Source: Bizionia sp. (lineage in GTDB: Bacteria; Bacteroidota; Bacteroidia; Flavobacteriales; Flavobacteriaceae). From it: a DNA stretch of 40,016 nucleotides. Made by a program: the position numbers and the translations under genes. The stretch spans positions 1 to 40,016 of the forward strand of contig JAGPVI010000314.1 in the NCBI GenBank assembly GCA_018067115.1. Direction: 5' to 3'. Position 1 is the first letter of the stretch. Each line of letters begins with the position of its first letter. Shown here piece after piece: positions 36,871 through 40,016 of this stretch. The notes beneath the pieces were generated by a model. The model was given only the letters and a program-made list of their open reading frames with translations, was not told the DNA's origin and did not search any database.

Positions 36871-37917
36871 CTAATCGTTAAAGTTTTTCCATCCTTGCGC
36901 TTGAAGCTGTATTTTAGTGTCTCCACGAGTCACTAAATGAGCGCCAGCGCTTTCTTCGGTGATGTAACCAATGACCGTTAAATGTGGATTGGCTTTAATT
37001 TTTGGAAAATCTTCCTGAGAGATTGTCATTAATAACTCATAATCTTCACCACCATTTAAAGCAATAGTTGTGCTGTCGATATCAAATTCTTCACAAGTAG
37101 AAATCACTTGTGGGTCTAAAGGTATTTTATCCTCATAGAGATCGCAGCCCACTTTACTTGCTTTGCAGATGTGTAGTATTTCCGACGATAATCCATCGCT
37201 AACATCAATCATAGCTGTTGGTTTAACGTCTAGATCTTTTAATAACGAGACGATGTCTTTACGTGCTTCAGGTTTTAATTGGCGCTCCATAATATAGGTG
37301 TAGGCATCCAAATCTGGTTGGTTATTAGGGTTTACTTTAAACACCTCTTTCTCGCGTTCTAAAACCTGTAATCCCATATACGCACCACCAACATCGCCGG
37401 TAAGTACTAATAGGTCATTGGGTTTTGCTCCACTGCGATAAACTTCTTGTCCTTTTTCAACTTCTCCAATAGCGGTTACAGAAATTAATAGACCAGAAGT
37501 AGAAGATGTGGTATCGCCACCAACGACATCAACATTGTAAATTTTTGCAGCCGTTTCAATTCCTGCATATAATTCTTCTAATGCTTCCAATGGAAAACGA
37601 TTAGAAACAGCAATCGACACCGTGATTTGTGTTGCATTGGCGTTCATAGCATACACATCAGATAGATTTACAACAACCGCTTTGTAGCCTAAATGTTTTA
37701 ACGGCGCATAGCTTAAATCAAAATGCACGCCTTCAACTAACATATCGGTAGTGACTACAATGTTTTTGTTTTCAGGATTAATTACAGCTGCATCGTCTCC
37801 AATACCTTTAATAGTAGATTGATGCTTAATATCAAAATTCTTAGTTAAATGTTCAATTAAAGCGAATTCTCCGAGTTCACTTAAAGGTGTACGTTGTGGG
37901 TTTTTGTCTTCTATCAT
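36871..37917 (-). CDS. thiL: Thiamine-monophosphate kinase
   Basis: GEFALI, GIGDDAAV, TTDMLVEGVHF, NLSDVYAM, VVGGDT, IDVSDGL, GGEDYELL. Confidence 0.96.
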   Translation of the reverse strand: MIEDKNPQRTPLSELGEFALIEHLTKNFDIKHQSTIKGIGDDAAVINPENKNIVVTTDMLVEGVHFDLSYAPLKHLGYKAVVVNLSDVYAMNANATQITVSIAVSNRFPLEALEELYAGIETAAKIYNVDVVGGDTTSSTSGLLISVTAIGEVEKGQEVYRSGAKPNDLLVLTGDVGGAYMGLQVLEREKEVFKVNPNNQPDLDAYTYIMERQLKPEARKDIVSLLKDLDVKPTAMIDVSDGLSSEILHICKASKVGCDLYEDKIPLDPQVISTCEEFDIDSTTIALNGGEDYELLMTISQEDFPKIKANPHLTVIGYITEESAGAHLVTRGDTKIQLQAQGWKNFND

Positions 37918-38116
37918 AAATGCAAAAATAATAAGCCTTTATTTAAGTCCCGCCTATTCTTATGCTTTTATGAATAATTTAATGTTATTAATCTTTAATA
38001 TGCATCGATTTTAACATAAATTCTAATTCGGTAATCTTTTTAAAATATTAATTTCGCAATATGTGCGCTTAAAAACAGTTAAAAGAGTAGCTAATTGGCG
38101 TTAAAACAATTCAAAT

Positions 38117-39394
38117 ATGAAAAATATTAGTAAATCTGTATTCTTTTTAATTTTTGGGCTTGCCATGGTAAGTGTGGTAGGTTGCTCAGATGAGTTAGCC
38201 GACGCACCATTGGAACCAGTTGGTGATTCTGGAATAGTGGCTTTGGCACCGTGTGAAAATGGATTTGCAGATATTTATCCGTGTAACGGTTACGACTTAT
38301 TAGCAAATATTAGTACGGAAATTTTAAGCGGAGAGGCCGATATTGATGGTAGTGATATTTGGGGGTGGACAGATGCTACAACAAATAAAGAGTATGCTTT
38401 AGTGGGGCTCGAAAATAGTACGGCCTTTGTAGATGTCTCTAATCCTAGTTCTCCCATTTTTTTAGGCCGATTAAATTCTAATGCGGGAACAAATTTTTGG
38501 AGAGATGTAAAAGTCTATAATGATTTTGCTTTTATAGTTGCAGATGGCGTGGGAGATCACGGTATGCAGGTCTTCGACTTATCACGATTAAGAACAGTTG
38601 CAAATCCGCCAGAAACGTTTAGTGCAGACGCTATTTATACTGGAGTTGGAAGCTGTCACAACATAGTAATTAACGATAGCGAAGGCGTAGCCTATTTAGT
38701 GGGGTGCAACTCTGCAAATGGTGGAGGCCCTATATTTGTGGATGTTTCAAGTCCTTTAAATCCTGCTTTTTTAGGGGAGTACACAGCTTCTGGTTACACG
38801 CACGATGCTCAGGTAATAACGTATAACGGCCCGGATACTGATTATTCTGGTAAAGAAATTTTAATTGCTAGTAACGGTGCTAGTGGTAGTGGAACCAATA
38901 AAGTGGTGATTATAGATGTGAGTGATAAAGCAAATCCAACGTTTATTTCAGAATTAACGTACCCACAAGCAGCATACACGCATCAAGGTTGGTTTACAGA
39001 CGATCAGCGCTATTTTATTTTAGGCGATGAGTTAGATGAACAATATATAGGGGTTAACACAACAACTTTTGTTTTCGATTTTTCAGATTTAGATAATCCT
39101 GTTTTGTCTTCAAAATATACAGCAGCTTTCGATGCTATCGATCATAATGGATATGTTAAAGGAAACGAGTTTTATCTCGCAAATTATCGTGCTGGACTAC
39201 GTGTTTTTGATATTACTAATATTTCTTCGCCTACAAATTCAATGACCGAAGTTGGTTATTTTGATACGTATCCGGCAGATAACAATACTGGGTTTAATGG
39301 TGTTTGGAGTGTTTATCCTTATTTTAATAGTCAGAATATTATTATTGGCGATATAGAAGGTGGTTTATTTATTGTTAGAAAAAGTAGTCTTTAA
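38117..39394 (+). CDS. Choice-of-anchor B family protein (LVIVD-type repeats), lipoprotein form
   Basis: SVVG|CSDE lipobox; SDIWGWTD, WRDVKVY, YTHDAQ, YTHQGW, IDHNGYV, ANYRAGLRV, GVWSVYPYF. Confidence 0.8.
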   Translation: MKNISKSVFFLIFGLAMVSVVGCSDELADAPLEPVGDSGIVALAPCENGFADIYPCNGYDLLANISTEILSGEADIDGSDIWGWTDATTNKEYALVGLENSTAFVDVSNPSSPIFLGRLNSNAGTNFWRDVKVYNDFAFIVADGVGDHGMQVFDLSRLRTVANPPETFSADAIYTGVGSCHNIVINDSEGVAYLVGCNSANGGGPIFVDVSSPLNPAFLGEYTASGYTHDAQVITYNGPDTDYSGKEILIASNGASGSGTNKVVIIDVSDKANPTFISELTYPQAAYTHQGWFTDDQRYFILGDELDEQYIGVNTTTFVFDFSDLDNPVLSSKYTAAFDAIDHNGYVKGNEFYLANYRAGLRVFDITNISSPTNSMTEVGYFDTYPADNNTGFNGVWSVYPYFNSQNIIIGDIEGGLFIVRKSSL

Positions 39395-40016
39395 TGTTTA
39401 CTAAGAACACGTTTTTTTTATGTATCGCTATGGGCTTAATACTAAGCTGTTCTAAAGATGGCGAGCCCAAAAAAGAACCCATTAATGTGGAAACAGAAAT
39501 TTTAGCTAAAGTTTCTGTTTTTGGTGGATCTAAAAATGAAAGCGGACAACGCGTGGTTTCTACTGCCGATGGCGGTTATGTTATTTTAGGGTTTACCCAA
39601 AGTATGGACGGTGATGTTACAGGAAAACAAAACGATAGTTACGATTATTGGTTGTTAAAATTCAATTCAGAAAGTGAATTAGAATGGCAAAAAACCTATG
39701 GCGGTAGTGGAGGTGACAAAGGGTTCGATATTATCCAAACTCTAGATGGAGGTTATGCTTTAATCGGGTCTAGTTTTAGTAATGATCAAGATGTGTCACA
39801 AAATAACGGAGCCGAAGATTTTTGGTTAGTAAAACTGGACGCTTCCGGTGTGCTATCTTGGGAGCAGTCTTATGGGTATTCGGGTGTGGATTCTGGCTTG
39901 TCTGTAATTCAAACTAACGACGGCGGCTATTTTATTTCAGGTGTTCTAGACGTAACAGCGTCGGGAGGCGAAGGGAATTCTAAGGGCATTCAGCACGCGG
40001 GAGGTGATTATTGGGG
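39394..40016 (+). CDS. Lipoprotein with beta-propeller-like repeats, truncated by window end (absent from the ORF track)
   Basis: ATG overlaps the upstream stop (TAATG). It translates as MFTKNTFFLCIAMGLILS|CSKD... with repeated units (TADGGY, WQKTYGG..QTLDGGY, WEQSYGY..QTNDGGY) and no stop before the window end. Confidence 0.85.
   Translation, partial: MFTKNTFFLCIAMGLILSCSKDGEPKKEPINVETEILAKVSVFGGSKNESGQRVVSTADGGYVILGFTQSMDGDVTGKQNDSYDYWLLKFNSESELEWQKTYGGSGGDKGFDIIQTLDGGYALIGSSFSNDQDVSQNNGAEDFWLVKLDASGVLSWEQSYGYSGVDSGLSVIQTNDGGYFISGVLDVTASGGEGNSKGIQHAGGDYW

Noticed and set aside
1-40016. CRISPR arrays, IS elements, prophage or defence genes
   Set aside because: No regularly spaced repeats, transposase, integrase, nuclease or phage structural motifs recognised; intergenic gaps are all short

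Overview
AT-rich chromosomal window from a Bacteroidetes genome, most likely a Flavobacteriaceae member. This is supported by a SusC/SusD pair, TAnnTTTG -7 promoter elements, A-rich starts without Shine-Dalgarno sites, and signal peptides cleaved before Gln. In order it holds: the 3' end of an enoyl-CoA hydratase; a plsC-like acyltransferase / soluble diiron acyl-ACP desaturase / HD-protein operon; a bacilliredoxin; a DjlA-like co-chaperone; and a structured ~90-nt intergenic element. A large metal-homeostasis block follows: a TonB receptor with a CxxC plug, a periplasmic thioredoxin and a TroABCD-type Mn/Zn ABC transporter, all divergent from a DtxR/MntR repressor, then feoA-feoB with an unannotated 43-aa Cys-rich ORF, and SCO. 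Next come rseP and tRNA-Asn, then a CAZyme-free SusCD locus (LytS-type kinase, metzincin protease, SusC, SusD, LytTR regulator) with a visible LytTR-type direct repeat. The rest is threonine dehydrogenase, two lipoproteins, a multicopper oxidase fused to a probable outer-membrane barrel, an M13 peptidase, an alpha/beta hydrolase, a small Cys/His protein, thiL, and two probable beta-propeller lipoproteins, the last truncated. No CRISPR array, integrase, transposase or rRNA was seen. The best candidates for under-described systems are the protease-SusCD locus bracketed by a split two-component system, and the DtxR-controlled TBDR-thioredoxin-ABC module whose two permeases both carry winged-helix-like tails. 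All calls come from reading motifs by eye; no database search was run.
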